From Candidatus Latescibacterota bacterium (GTDB taxonomy: Bacteria; Latescibacterota; UBA2968; GCA-2709665): a DNA stretch of 64,000 bases. A model generated the notes under the pieces. The model was not told the origin of the DNA, ran no database searches, and saw only the letters and a list, made by a program, of their open reading frames with translations. Positions 19,394-29,239 of the stretch are shown here, piece by piece. Where the stretch lies: contig OZ220733.1 in assembly GCA_965116875.1 (NCBI GenBank), positions 512,001 through 576,000 on the forward strand. Reading direction: 5' to 3'. The translations under genes were made by a program, and so were the position numbers. How positions within the stretch are numbered: position 1 is the first letter of the stretch; each line of letters opens with the position of its first letter.

Positions 19394-22264
19394 ATGCCAG
19401 GATTACAAAGTTTGCTATTTGCATTCTCTGCGTTCGTCCTACTCTTTCATTGCGGCATAGTATTTGGATCTCCGCCGATTGAGTACGTCAAGGAACAGCA
19501 TCCGCCGAAACTGGAAGGCGTACTCGCCCGAATTCAGAAGAACTGGTCGGCGCAGAAACGGGCGCTGGCCGAGGCGACGGCGAGACAATATAGGGCCGCA
19601 AAAATCGTTGGCGAAAACATCACGGTCGTATTGGAGCCCGGCCCCGGAAAGCTCTCAGAAAGCATCGATTTTACGGCATTGTCCGACCTGGGTGTCAGCG
19701 TTGTCGCCCAATCGCAGCACCTAGTGGAGGTATCCGCACCGATAGCCCGCCTTGAGAGGGTGGCAGAGGTGGATGGCGTGCAATTTGTGAGATTGCCCAT
19801 AGAGCCGAAAACGCAGACCGTTGTGAGTGAGGGCGTGGATCGCATCAGTGCACAGGTCTTTTCAAACAGGGGTTTTACAGGGCGTGGCATTAAGGTAGGG
19901 GTAATTGACATCGGTTTCGCGGGGGTTCCGGAGTTAATGAGTCAAGGCGAATTGCCGCAGAATCTACCCCCCCAAGATTTCACTAACGCAGGGATTTTTG
20001 TTGGCGACGAGGTACATGGATCGGCCTGCGCCGAAATCGTGCACGATATCGCTCCGGATGCTGAAATCTACCTGTATGACGTAAAAAACGATGTCCGCTG
20101 GCAAATCGCGAAAGAAGCAGCGGTCCAGGAGGGCCTCGACATTGTCTCGGTATCTTTGGTCTTCCCAGTAATGGGCTTCGGTGACGGAACGGGCCCTGCC
20201 TGTGAACTTGTAGATGATGCTTTTAAGAAAGGTGTCTTGTGGGTGAATGCGGCGGGAAATTATGCACAATCCCAGATCTTCCAATTGTCAAGTGACCCGG
20301 ATGGCGATGGGTTTCACAACTTCGAAGGCGAAAATGAAATCGTTTACCTGAAGAATGTCCAAGTAGGAGATGAAGTAGAAGCATGGCTGAACTGGAATGA
20401 ATGGCCACTCACGTCTAACGATTACGATCTATTTCTTGTTAAAATCGGGTCGGACGGTGGTATTACCGAAGTTGAACGAGCAAATACAGAGCAATCTCGC
20501 CATCGGTCACCTCCGTTCGAACGGCTTGTCCATACGATTCGGGACGCAGGAAACTATGGATTTGCCATCTGGAGGGCACAGGACTCCAAAGTAACCCAAC
20601 TTAAGCTGATCAGCACAAACCACGACTTCGACGGGCTACTATCCAGTAAAGGGACCGTGAGCATACCCGGGGACGCGGTCGGCGCCCTGACCGTGGGAGC
20701 GTTGCATCATCGGGAATGGAAGACAGCGATCGCTGAGTACAGTTCGCAAGGACCTACGTCTGACGGGCGAATCAAGCCGGATTTGGTTGCTCCTGCTGGT
20801 GTCAGTACCATTAGCTACAGCCCCAAGCCATACTTTGGAACATCGGCGGCGACTCCTCATGTCGCCGGGGCAGCAGCTCTCTTGAAGTCCTCTGATCCCG
20901 TCCACTACAATGCGCAGAATCTATATGACGCACTGTTGAGATCGACGATCGACATGGGAGTTCCGGGCCCCGATAATTTCTATGGACATGGAAGATTGGA
21001 TTTGTCGCTGCTTTCACCCACGGGCAGACCTGTTATCGAACTTTCGCGTAATGTACTTGATTTCGGCGCTATCCTGCTGGGATCATCACAGACGCTGGAT
21101 CTCGGCATAGTCAACACGGGTCCGTCGTCGTTGGTGATTACGGAAATCCTTCTGCCATCCAGTGATTTCGGCCTCTCTAAAAGTTCCTTTCCCGTTGCGC
21201 CGGGACGCGGCGAGAGGATTTCCGTCACGTTTACCCCTCGGAGTGAGGGAGACAGATCCGGTGATATGACGATTTTGAGCAATTTACCGCAAACCAACGT
21301 GGCCCTGCGAGCGCGAGGCGTCCGGCAACCCGTTGTTCCTGTTCCACGGATCGCGATGGATGCGTCCCGACGCGATTTTGGCGGCGTCGAGGTTGGCGAC
21401 TCAAAGTCAATTGTTGTAACGGTCACGAATTCCGGTGACGCCTCGCTGTCCATTACGGATATCACCACCAATGCCAGACGGCTTAGCGTGTCACCCACGC
21501 AATTCTCGATTCCAGCAAAGCAAAACGGGTATTTCACGCTTCGTTTCCAGCCAGACAGAGCGGGTGATCTGTCAGCACGCGTGACCATTTACAGCAATGA
21601 TTCCAAGACGCCGGTTGTCGGCTTCCCCATCGTGGGAAAGGGGCTTCGGTCCCAGGCTACCTCTTTTACGTTATCTCTCGTCGTCGATGCGCCGAAAGAC
21701 CAGGGTGTGTATTCTTTGCCGTCAGACGGTGTCATTTCCATCGAAATCTTAGGCCAACAGGTTAAGGACGCCATAGGATTTCGCGCGTTGTTTGATTCCG
21801 ATACGCCATCCTTCACCTATACGGGTTTCGACATTGGCGACGGCATTCCCAATGGACACTCGCCGGGGCCCTACTATCCCTCCGGTCCCGCTTCCGTTGA
21901 AGTGATGGCGGCATCATTTGGCGGAAGAATCGCTGTGCCGTCCGCAAAACTCGGCACGGTACGTTTTAGCGTAGCCGATACCCTTCAAAGAGGTCAAATG
22001 CGGCTGCGATATGCCCGAATCCGGCGAGCCGGAAAATTCGAAGTATTCACCGATCCTGTCGTATTGAGATTTTCGAAACAGGGCGGCTTGCCAGCAGACT
22101 TCGACGGCGACGGGACCGTCGGGTTCAGCGATTTCTTGCAGTTTGCTGGCGCGTTCGGATCAGGTCGCGGCGATGCGGGATATGACGCGCGGTACGATCT
22201 GGATGGGAATGGCAGCGTCGGGTTCAGCGACTTTGTCATCTTTGCGGGCAGCTTTGGCACGTAG
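19394..22264 (+). CDS. Secreted S8 (subtilisin-like) serine peptidase with two ASH/choice-of-anchor-D Ig domains, a cohesin-like domain and a double EF-hand dockerin-like tail
   Basis: Catalytic triad VIDIGF / HGSAC / GTSAATP; oxyanion AAGN; KPDLVAP; two DFG...ITN.G...L.I domains; tail ADFDGDGTVGFSDF...YDLDGNGSVGFSDF. Confidence 0.88.
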   Translation: MPGLQSLLFAFSAFVLLFHCGIVFGSPPIEYVKEQHPPKLEGVLARIQKNWSAQKRALAEATARQYRAAKIVGENITVVLEPGPGKLSESIDFTALSDLGVSVVAQSQHLVEVSAPIARLERVAEVDGVQFVRLPIEPKTQTVVSEGVDRISAQVFSNRGFTGRGIKVGVIDIGFAGVPELMSQGELPQNLPPQDFTNAGIFVGDEVHGSACAEIVHDIAPDAEIYLYDVKNDVRWQIAKEAAVQEGLDIVSVSLVFPVMGFGDGTGPACELVDDAFKKGVLWVNAAGNYAQSQIFQLSSDPDGDGFHNFEGENEIVYLKNVQVGDEVEAWLNWNEWPLTSNDYDLFLVKIGSDGGITEVERANTEQSRHRSPPFERLVHTIRDAGNYGFAIWRAQDSKVTQLKLISTNHDFDGLLSSKGTVSIPGDAVGALTVGALHHREWKTAIAEYSSQGPTSDGRIKPDLVAPAGVSTISYSPKPYFGTSAATPHVAGAAALLKSSDPVHYNAQNLYDALLRSTIDMGVPGPDNFYGHGRLDLSLLSPTGRPVIELSRNVLDFGAILLGSSQTLDLGIVNTGPSSLVITEILLPSSDFGLSKSSFPVAPGRGERISVTFTPRSEGDRSGDMTILSNLPQTNVALRARGVRQPVVPVPRIAMDASRRDFGGVEVGDSKSIVVTVTNSGDASLSITDITTNARRLSVSPTQFSIPAKQNGYFTLRFQPDRAGDLSARVTIYSNDSKTPVVGFPIVGKGLRSQATSFTLSLVVDAPKDQGVYSLPSDGVISIEILGQQVKDAIGFRALFDSDTPSFTYTGFDIGDGIPNGHSPGPYYPSGPASVEVMAASFGGRIAVPSAKLGTVRFSVADTLQRGQMRLRYARIRRAGKFEVFTDPVVLRFSKQGGLPADFDGDGTVGFSDFLQFAGAFGSGRGDAGYDARYDLDGNGSVGFSDFVIFAGSFGT

Positions 22265-22574
22265 GACTTGATAGAGTGACCAGCGGGTAGCCTGATCGGA
22301 GGAGGATCCAATGCGTAAACGCATCTCAGCGTCTGCCCAGATTGCTCTGTGCGTTCAATTTCCGTATATTGATTTGACCTACAACGAATGCAGATGGGTT
22401 ATTTTCCCGTCCCGCTGATTGATGGATAAAACGGCTATTGAGAAAGCCCTGTGACCACCACGATTCACACGATTGAAGGTCTCATTCGCATTCGGGGCGA
22501 TGATTCTGAGAGGCCTGATGTGCCGCGTGCTGTGAACTCGCACGCAAGAAGGTAAATCAGAGAAAGGATGCGAC

Positions 22575-22811
22575 GTGAAAAATCAGGAAATTACAATTCG
22601 CGTATCTCCGGAGGCCGCTCGTTTTTATCAGTCCGCATCATCACAGGATCGTCGAAAATTAAATGTCTTGTTAAGTCTGCAATTGAGCGGTTTGAGAAAA
22701 CCGGCACGTCCAATTGAAGACATTATGCGCGAAGCCAGTGAAGAAGCGCGAAAAAATGGATTGACATCTGAAATACTGACAGAACTACGCCACCTCATGA
22801 ATTCCTGCTGA
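22575..22811 (+). CDS. Small antitoxin-like protein (no toxin partner visible)
   Basis: ITIRVSPEAA..Y..AS..DRRKL..LL...EA...GLT.EIL pattern typical of small genes upstream of PIN toxins; AAAGGA RBS. Confidence 0.55.
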   Translation: MKNQEITIRVSPEAARFYQSASSQDRRKLNVLLSLQLSGLRKPARPIEDIMREASEEARKNGLTSEILTELRHLMNSC

Positions 22812-22831
22812 CGCTTGGTCCCGATGCTTAG

Positions 22832-22915
22832 CAGTCCGTTGATAGAGTCGCTCTGCAGGCCTGCCAGTGAAGTCCTGGCAGGCAGGTAGCCCGGATAGGC
22901 TTTTTCAACGGGCTG
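22832..22915 (-). mobile_element. MITE family B, internally deleted copy (84 bp)
   Basis: Ends CAGTCCGTTGATAGAG / CTTTTTCAACGGGCTG, flanked by a TTAG direct repeat; both ends match 47111-47270 in inverted orientation. Confidence 0.8.
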
Positions 22916-22976
22916 TTAGCGTACGGGTAAGCCGTCGTGCAATTGCCCCCGCGGATTGTCGTCGCCTGAATCCTCC

Positions 22977-24248
22977 ATGGCCCACAGATCAGAAGGACCT
23001 TCTGAAACCCCACCCCGATTTCACGGCGCGCTCGCGCCGCTGAACACCCCCGACTACCGCCGTCTGCTGGCCAGCAACGCCCTCTGGTGGCAGTTCATGT
23101 GGATGGAGATCATCGTCGCCGGCTGGCTGGTCCTGGAACTTACGGACTCGGCCTGGCAGGTATCGCTGATCGGTTTCTACCGCATGGCCCCACTGCTGGT
23201 GGTGGGCTTTGTCTCCGGACCCCTCACCGACCGGTTTGGCCGCCGGAAGATCATCATCTTCTCCCAGGTCGTCAATCTCGTCGTCTCCCTCCTGATCGCC
23301 CTGATTATTCTGGCAGACCGCCTCGCTGTGTGGCATCTGGCTGTCGCCGCTCTGGTCATGGGAACAACCTGGGCCGTGGACTGGACTGCCCGAAGGTCGT
23401 TGCTTCCCGACCTGGTGGGCAGAGCGCGAACCATGGACGCCATGCTCCTCGAGGGAATTTCCCAAAACGTCACCCGGGTTGCCGGACCCTTTTCCAGCGG
23501 CGCACTCTACGCGACCCTTGGACCCCCTGGCTGTTTTCTGATTCTGACCGGTATTGCCCTGGTTTCTCTATTGATCCTCCTCCGGCTCTCCAGACAGCCC
23601 GTTCTCGAAAGAACACCCACTGACGATTCCCACTGGACCCGGACCGTGGAAGGCCTGCGCTATATCCGTCGCAATCCGGCGATTCTGGGCGTTACGCTCA
23701 TTACGGTTGCCATGAACTTCCTGGTCTTTCCCTATCAGGCGCTGCTGCCGGTGTTCGCGAGAGATATCCTGAATCAGGGCCCGGTGGGCTTCGGGGTACT
23801 CGCATCCGCAAACGGTGTCGGCGCATTCGCCGGTCTCTGGATGGTGAGCAGGCTCCGCCGCTACGTTGGAATCAGCTGGCTCTATGCGGGCGGCTCGTTT
23901 CTGATGGCCGCCGCCGTGGCTGCATTCTCCACTTCGACCGATTTCTATCTTTCGCTGGGGCTCCTCACCCTGTCGGGAATCGGCCACGCGGCTTTCGGTC
24001 TCCTCCAGAGCACCATCGTCCTGCTGTTGGCGAGGGACGACATGCGAAGCCGCGCGATGGGCGGCATCGTCCTTGCAATCGGAACCGGACCGCCGGGCCG
24101 ACTGAGTACGGGCGCCGTGGCCGAACGCTTCGGTGCGCCATTCGCCGTCTTTGGCACCTGCGCGATCGCGTCCCTGTTCGTGGTTGCGGTCACGTTCGCC
24201 ATGTCGGGGTTCCGGAACGCTTCGGCCGCACAGGAAGCGGATGCATAA
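22977..24248 (+). CDS. MFS transporter
   Basis: About 12 hydrophobic segments; GPLTDRFGRRK motif A. Confidence 0.9.
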   Translation: MAHRSEGPSETPPRFHGALAPLNTPDYRRLLASNALWWQFMWMEIIVAGWLVLELTDSAWQVSLIGFYRMAPLLVVGFVSGPLTDRFGRRKIIIFSQVVNLVVSLLIALIILADRLAVWHLAVAALVMGTTWAVDWTARRSLLPDLVGRARTMDAMLLEGISQNVTRVAGPFSSGALYATLGPPGCFLILTGIALVSLLILLRLSRQPVLERTPTDDSHWTRTVEGLRYIRRNPAILGVTLITVAMNFLVFPYQALLPVFARDILNQGPVGFGVLASANGVGAFAGLWMVSRLRRYVGISWLYAGGSFLMAAAVAAFSTSTDFYLSLGLLTLSGIGHAAFGLLQSTIVLLLARDDMRSRAMGGIVLAIGTGPPGRLSTGAVAERFGAPFAVFGTCAIASLFVVAVTFAMSGFRNASAAQEADA

Positions 24249-24278
24249 AAAAACCGCTCCGGAAGGGCGGTTTTTTTT
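24247..24278. terminator. Bidirectional intrinsic terminator
   Basis: A7-CCGCTC-cggaa-GGGCGG-T8 between convergent genes. Confidence 0.8.
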
Positions 24279-24323
24279 GTATTCATCATATTTTCAGTCT
24301 GTCAGGTACACACGGGCAAGGAA

Positions 24324-25313
24324 TCACAACCCGAGAATCCGCTCTGTCTCATCCTGGAGCGATTCCTCCAGCCGGGGTCCGTACTGCGCCACCACGCGCA
24401 TCGACGCGTAGTTCGCCAGCTTTGCCGATTGTGCCGCGTTGAATCCGTGGGTAATCCCGAACAGATAGGCTCCGGCGAACATATCCCCCGCGCCGTTCGT
24501 GTCGACCGCATCAACGCTGAATCCCGGTGAACGGATCCGTTCGACTCCGTCCCCTACAATGGCGCCATTGGCCTCACACGTGACCGCGTATGCACCCACC
24601 ATCGTCTCCAGTGCAACGCAAGCCTCGTTCGTGTCGCCCGTTTCGGTAAACGCCCGCGCTTCGTCCTCGTTACAAAACAACAGATCCACCCCGCGGGTTA
24701 CGAGCGTGTGCATCCGGTCCCCGAACGCGGCCACAATCGAGGGGTCGCTCAGCGACAACGACACCCGGGTTCCCCCCGCGTGCGCCTCGGCCTGGGCAGC
24801 CACCGCCGCGTCGAATCCCTCGTCTGAGGCCACCAGATATCCTTCTATGTACAGATAGTCGCTTTCCTTTATCACGTCGGGCTCAAGTTGCTCCGGCCCG
24901 AACGATCCGGTTATGCCCAGGTATGTATTCATCGTGCGATCGGCGTCGTCCGTGATCATTACCAGACACTTCCCTGTAATGCCCGTGCCCTGAAACCGGT
25001 TCGAAGCCACCCCGGCCGCCGCCAGGTCCTGGAGATAAAAGTCCCCGTACGCGTCCTTCGCCACCTTGCATGCGTAGTATGCCTTCCCGCCCAGACTCGC
25101 CACGGCGATCATCGAATTCGCAGCGGACCCGCCGGACGAACGTTTCAGGACGTCTTCGCCCAGGTGTTCGAGGAGTTCGTGATGCCGGTCCTCTTCAATC
25201 AATGTCATGACGCCCTTGTCGATTCCGGCCGTGGTGAGAAAGCCGGACGTGACCCGATACTGAATGTCAACCAGCGCATTGCCGATGCCGTACACGTTAA
25301 ACGCCCTGGCCAT
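24324..25313 (-). CDS. PfkB-family kinase (adenosine kinase-like)
   Basis: GNALVD, KGVMTLI, GGSAAN, RTMNTYLG and DTNGAGD.FAG motifs. Confidence 0.9.
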   Translation of the reverse strand: MARAFNVYGIGNALVDIQYRVTSGFLTTAGIDKGVMTLIEEDRHHELLEHLGEDVLKRSSGGSAANSMIAVASLGGKAYYACKVAKDAYGDFYLQDLAAAGVASNRFQGTGITGKCLVMITDDADRTMNTYLGITGSFGPEQLEPDVIKESDYLYIEGYLVASDEGFDAAVAAQAEAHAGGTRVSLSLSDPSIVAAFGDRMHTLVTRGVDLLFCNEDEARAFTETGDTNEACVALETMVGAYAVTCEANGAIVGDGVERIRSPGFSVDAVDTNGAGDMFAGAYLFGITHGFNAAQSAKLANYASMRVVAQYGPRLEESLQDETERILGL

Positions 25314-25457
25314 ACACGCTCCTTGCAAAATCGGTTGGATTCCGTATCATATTGGCATTCCCGGATGCCGCGGTCACGGCGATCGGCGGCGCGGACAGTC
25401 GTGTTCAGTTGACAACAGCGAGCAGCAACCCGCACCTCGCGTCATCTCCGGAGACAG

Positions 25458-25486
25458 GCAGAGGCAGGTTTGAAACCTGTCCCTGC
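25458..25486. repeat. REP-like palindrome
   Basis: GCAGAGGCAGGTTTGAAACCTGTCCCTGC, a GTAG-type REP architecture. Confidence 0.5.
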
Positions 25487-25736
25487 AAGCCGACTCATTA
25501 TCTTAACCATAATACAATGCTCAGGAAAAGAAAACCATCTCTTTTGTGGATTATCTGCATTGAGGTCGTCCGGAATCCGCTGCTGCCCGGGAACGAGGAC
25601 GATCTGTGACAGGTTTGTCCTTTGTTGTGTTTTTGTGCCTTCTGTGGTCCCTGTCTTTTCGCGGCGAACCGGAAGAGCGAGACAATAGCCACAAATAAGG
25701 AAAGAAGGCGCAGAAGGACTGGAAGCCAAACGGCGG

Positions 25737-26528
25737 GTGAAGAAACGCCTGCAGAAGGAATCAGATTTGAGTACGGCGATTTCCTGCAACGTTCGGGACC
25801 TGACGATTCTCATCGACGTCGAGGAAGGCGGTAAGAGCGAGGCCTCCAGGAACCACGAACTCTGGCGGGCGAACTCGTTCAATGAGAAAGAACCCGACAC
25901 CCTGGACTGGATCGACACCTGGTTCCGGCCCGGCGAGACGATTTACGACGTCGGCGCAAATATCGGGCAATACTCGCTTTACGCGGCACGCAAACTGGAC
26001 GGGAAGGCACGGATCCTCGCCTTTGAACCGGAAGCTCTCAATCACGCCAAGTTGAACAAGAACATCCTGCTCAACGGCCTGGAAGAGGTTGTTACGGCCT
26101 ATCCGATCGCCATTTCGGACCGTACGGCCATCCAGCATTTCTACTCCAAAACCTTCGCCCCCGGCGCCGCGCTCCACGCGCTGGGCGAACCCGTAACGCA
26201 GGGCGCCGTTCCCTTCGAGCCGCAGAACCGGCAGGGAACGATGGCCGTGTCACTGGACGACCTCACCGGCCAGTTCGGCCTTCCATTCCCAAACCACGTC
26301 AAGATCGACGTCGACGGCATCGAGGACAGGATTGTCGCCGGCGCGTCGCAAACGCTTGAGGATGAAAGACTCACGACTGTGCTCATCGAGGTCTATATGT
26401 TCGAAAACATGGCCGAAAAGATCGAAACGGCCTTCTTCAAACGGGGTTTCGCCCTGGCCAACGTGATCCCGGTCGACTACTCCGAGGGCATCGTTCAGAA
26501 TCTGATCTTCTGTCGCGACGGAAGGTGA
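25737..26528 (+). CDS. FkbM family methyltransferase
   Basis: YDVGANIGQYSL, AFEP and KIDVDGIE motifs. Confidence 0.9.
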   Translation: MKKRLQKESDLSTAISCNVRDLTILIDVEEGGKSEASRNHELWRANSFNEKEPDTLDWIDTWFRPGETIYDVGANIGQYSLYAARKLDGKARILAFEPEALNHAKLNKNILLNGLEEVVTAYPIAISDRTAIQHFYSKTFAPGAALHALGEPVTQGAVPFEPQNRQGTMAVSLDDLTGQFGLPFPNHVKIDVDGIEDRIVAGASQTLEDERLTTVLIEVYMFENMAEKIETAFFKRGFALANVIPVDYSEGIVQNLIFCRDGR

Positions 26529-27817
26529 TCCGGGAAGACACCATGACCCTACTCGAGAATGACGTGCTGGAACGCCGGCGCAGGCGCGCCGCCGGCGTCT
26601 TTGGCGACGACCCGCCGATCGTACTCTTCAGCGCCGGAAAGCCCGTTCAGATTCCCGGCGGACAGGACCAGACCTATCCGTTCATTCCCTACCCCGAATA
26701 CTACTGGCTCACAGGTTCGAGACGCTGGGGCGGCGTACTCGCGTTCGATCCGCAGGACGGCTGGAGACACTTCGTGCGGCCGATTTCACAGAACGAACGG
26801 TTGTGGGAAGGCGGCGGCGAGGACGTCGAAGGCGAGGACGTTGCCGGACTTCAGGGCTGGCTGGAAAAACGTCCGGGCCGACCCGTCGCGGTCATCGGCG
26901 GCAACTTGGACAATGTCAAAAACGACCATCAGCGTGCGGAGGCGCTTCAGGTATCCATCGATGGAATCCGCCGCCGGAAGGACGCCGCCGAGATCGCATT
27001 GATCGAACGGGCGGCCGCGGCAACAGCAGCCGGCCACGCGAAAGCCCGCGACACCATCCGGCCGGGTGTGAGCGAACGCCGTATCCGCATAGAAATGGAA
27101 GCCGAGATGTTCCGGCACGGCGCCGACGGCGTCGCCTTCGATACGATCGTTGGCGCGGGAACTCACGCGGCCGTACTCCACTTCGAACCCGGCGCCAGAA
27201 CTGTGGAACCCGGCGAGCTGGTCCTCATCGACGCGGGCGCGGCCATCGCAGGCTATGCGGCCGACGTCACCCGCACCTATCCGGCCGGAGACCGTTTCAC
27301 GCAGCGGCAGCAGGCCATCTACGACCTCGTCCTTGCCGCCCAGATGGAAGCCATCTCCACGTGCCGCAAGGACGTTGAATGGCACGAAGTACACCGCGCC
27401 GCGGCCGGCGTTATCGCACAGGGGCTTCGTGACCTGGGCATTCTGAAAGGCAAGCCCGACGACCTCCTCGAGGGCGGCGCCATCTCCCTCTTCCTTCCCC
27501 ACGGCGTCGGCCACATGGTGGGCCTTGGCGTGCGCGACGTGGGCGGGCGGGCGGCCGGGCGTGAAGTCAGCGTCTATTGCGGTATCCGGATGCGTCTGGA
27601 CCTGCCGTTGGAGGAAGACTTCCTGATGACCGTCGAGCCCGGTGTGTATTTCGTTCCGGCGCTGCTCGACGACCCCGAGCGTCGGGAACGCTTTGCCGGA
27701 ATGGTCGACTGGGACGCACTGGAACCCTGGCGGCCGGTGGGGGGCGTCCGGATCGAGGACAACGTGCTCATCACCGCCGCTGAACCCCGCATCCTGACGT
27801 CCGAAATCCCCAAGTAA
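26525..27817 (+). CDS. Xaa-Pro aminopeptidase (M24B)
   Basis: LH, IDAG, YAADVTRT, HGVGHMVGL.V.D, TVEPG.YF and GVRIED motifs. Confidence 0.9.
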   Translation: MIREDTMTLLENDVLERRRRRAAGVFGDDPPIVLFSAGKPVQIPGGQDQTYPFIPYPEYYWLTGSRRWGGVLAFDPQDGWRHFVRPISQNERLWEGGGEDVEGEDVAGLQGWLEKRPGRPVAVIGGNLDNVKNDHQRAEALQVSIDGIRRRKDAAEIALIERAAAATAAGHAKARDTIRPGVSERRIRIEMEAEMFRHGADGVAFDTIVGAGTHAAVLHFEPGARTVEPGELVLIDAGAAIAGYAADVTRTYPAGDRFTQRQQAIYDLVLAAQMEAISTCRKDVEWHEVHRAAAGVIAQGLRDLGILKGKPDDLLEGGAISLFLPHGVGHMVGLGVRDVGGRAAGREVSVYCGIRMRLDLPLEEDFLMTVEPGVYFVPALLDDPERRERFAGMVDWDALEPWRPVGGVRIEDNVLITAAEPRILTSEIPK

Positions 27818-27825
27818 TCCTTTAG

Positions 27826-27844
27826 CAGCCCGTTGAAATAGCCC
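27826..27844 (+). repeat. Solo MITE-B terminal remnant directly upstream of the P450 start codon
   Basis: TTAG-CAGCCCGTTGAAATAGCCCAT versus TTAG-CAGCCCGTTGAAAAAGCCCAT at 47107. Confidence 0.65.
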
Positions 27845-29206
27845 ATGCCCGATCCATCCGCCGAAATGAATCGCGCCCCCGGACCGCGCGGGCTGCCGCT
27901 TCTCGGCTGCGTCCTTCCGTTCCGTAAGGACCCCATCGGGTACCTGTTGGATGCATGGTCCAGGTATGGCGACGTGGTCAGGCTGGACATCAGGGGCAAG
28001 ACGGTGCACCTGGTCGCCCGACCGGAGCACATCGAACACGTGCTCGTGCGCAAGAGGCGCACCTATTTCAAGGGTTATGGATACGACGACCAGAAGCTGC
28101 TGTTGGGAGAGGGTCTGATCACCAGCGAGGGCGAACTCTGGGAGCGGCAGCACCGGATCATGCAGCCCTTCTTCACGCCCAGGGGAACGATGCGGTTCAT
28201 GGGTGTGATGGTGAACGCGATTCGCGACATGCTCGCGCGATGGGAGCCCCTGGCGGATGACAAACGCGTGATCCAGGTCGACGAGGAGATGGCCCGCCTG
28301 ACGGGAAACATCATCGTTCACATCCTGTTCAGCAGGAACCTGAACGACGAGACGTCCCGGATCGACGAGGCGTTTCAGTACTGCGTGGGGTTCATCGACC
28401 GGCGTTCCGCCGATCTGATCGCGCTGCCCATGTCCGTTCCCACCTCCGCGAACCGCCGGTTCAAACAGTGCCTCGGCGAAATCCACAGGTACGTCGACGA
28501 ACGCATCGATGAGCGGCGCGACCGACCCGAAGAGGAGGATCTGCTCTCGGTACTCATGAATGCCCGAGACGAGGAAACGGGTAAGCGGATGGACCGGCGC
28601 CAGCTGCGGGACGAACTGGTCACGCTGTTCGTTGCGGGATACCAGACAACGATGCACGCCCTGACCTGGACGTGGTACCTGCTGGATCGACATCGACACG
28701 CGGAAGAGAGGCTGTGGGAGGAACAGCGTTCGATCCTGAACGGGCGACTGCCCGACCTGGAATCCGTCCACGAACTGAGCTACTCCCGAATGGTGTTCCA
28801 GGAAGCCATGCGCCTCTATCCTCCGATCAAGGTGATCGTCCGGGAGGCCGCGGCGGACGACGAAATCGACGGGTATCGCATCCCCGCCGGATCGCTTGTC
28901 CTGGTGAGTCCCTACATCACCCAGCGTCATCCGGCCCTGTGGAAGCACCCGGAAACATTCGATCCGGAACGGTTCACCCCGGAGCAGACGGAAAGACGCT
29001 CCCGCTACGCCTACCTGCCCTTCAGCGCCGGACCCCGGATCTGCCTGGGCGGAAATTTCGCGATGCTGGAAGCCGTGCTGGTGCTCGCGATGGTTACGGA
29101 GCATTTCCGGCTTCAACTTGTCCCGGGGCATCCCGTCGCGCCTTCGATGGACGTGAAGACGTGGCCGCTTTACGGCATGCCGATGACGGTGCACCGGCGC
29201 GAGTAG
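27845..29206 (+). CDS. Cytochrome P450
   Basis: ExxR (EAMRLYPP), FDPERF, heme motif FSAGPRICLG; I-helix AGYQTT. Confidence 0.95.
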   Translation: MPDPSAEMNRAPGPRGLPLLGCVLPFRKDPIGYLLDAWSRYGDVVRLDIRGKTVHLVARPEHIEHVLVRKRRTYFKGYGYDDQKLLLGEGLITSEGELWERQHRIMQPFFTPRGTMRFMGVMVNAIRDMLARWEPLADDKRVIQVDEEMARLTGNIIVHILFSRNLNDETSRIDEAFQYCVGFIDRRSADLIALPMSVPTSANRRFKQCLGEIHRYVDERIDERRDRPEEEDLLSVLMNARDEETGKRMDRRQLRDELVTLFVAGYQTTMHALTWTWYLLDRHRHAEERLWEEQRSILNGRLPDLESVHELSYSRMVFQEAMRLYPPIKVIVREAAADDEIDGYRIPAGSLVLVSPYITQRHPALWKHPETFDPERFTPEQTERRSRYAYLPFSAGPRICLGGNFAMLEAVLVLAMVTEHFRLQLVPGHPVAPSMDVKTWPLYGMPMTVHRRE

Positions 29207-29239
29207 GAATCCTCCCGGCTTGACTTCCGCGACGGTACA

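Noticed and set aside
26786-29194. 802-aa minus-strand ORF (also 39713-41641, 5369-6826, 13595-14878 and similar long ORFs)
   Set aside because: These are antisense shadows of motif-bearing genes in GC-rich DNA and have no recognisable domains.
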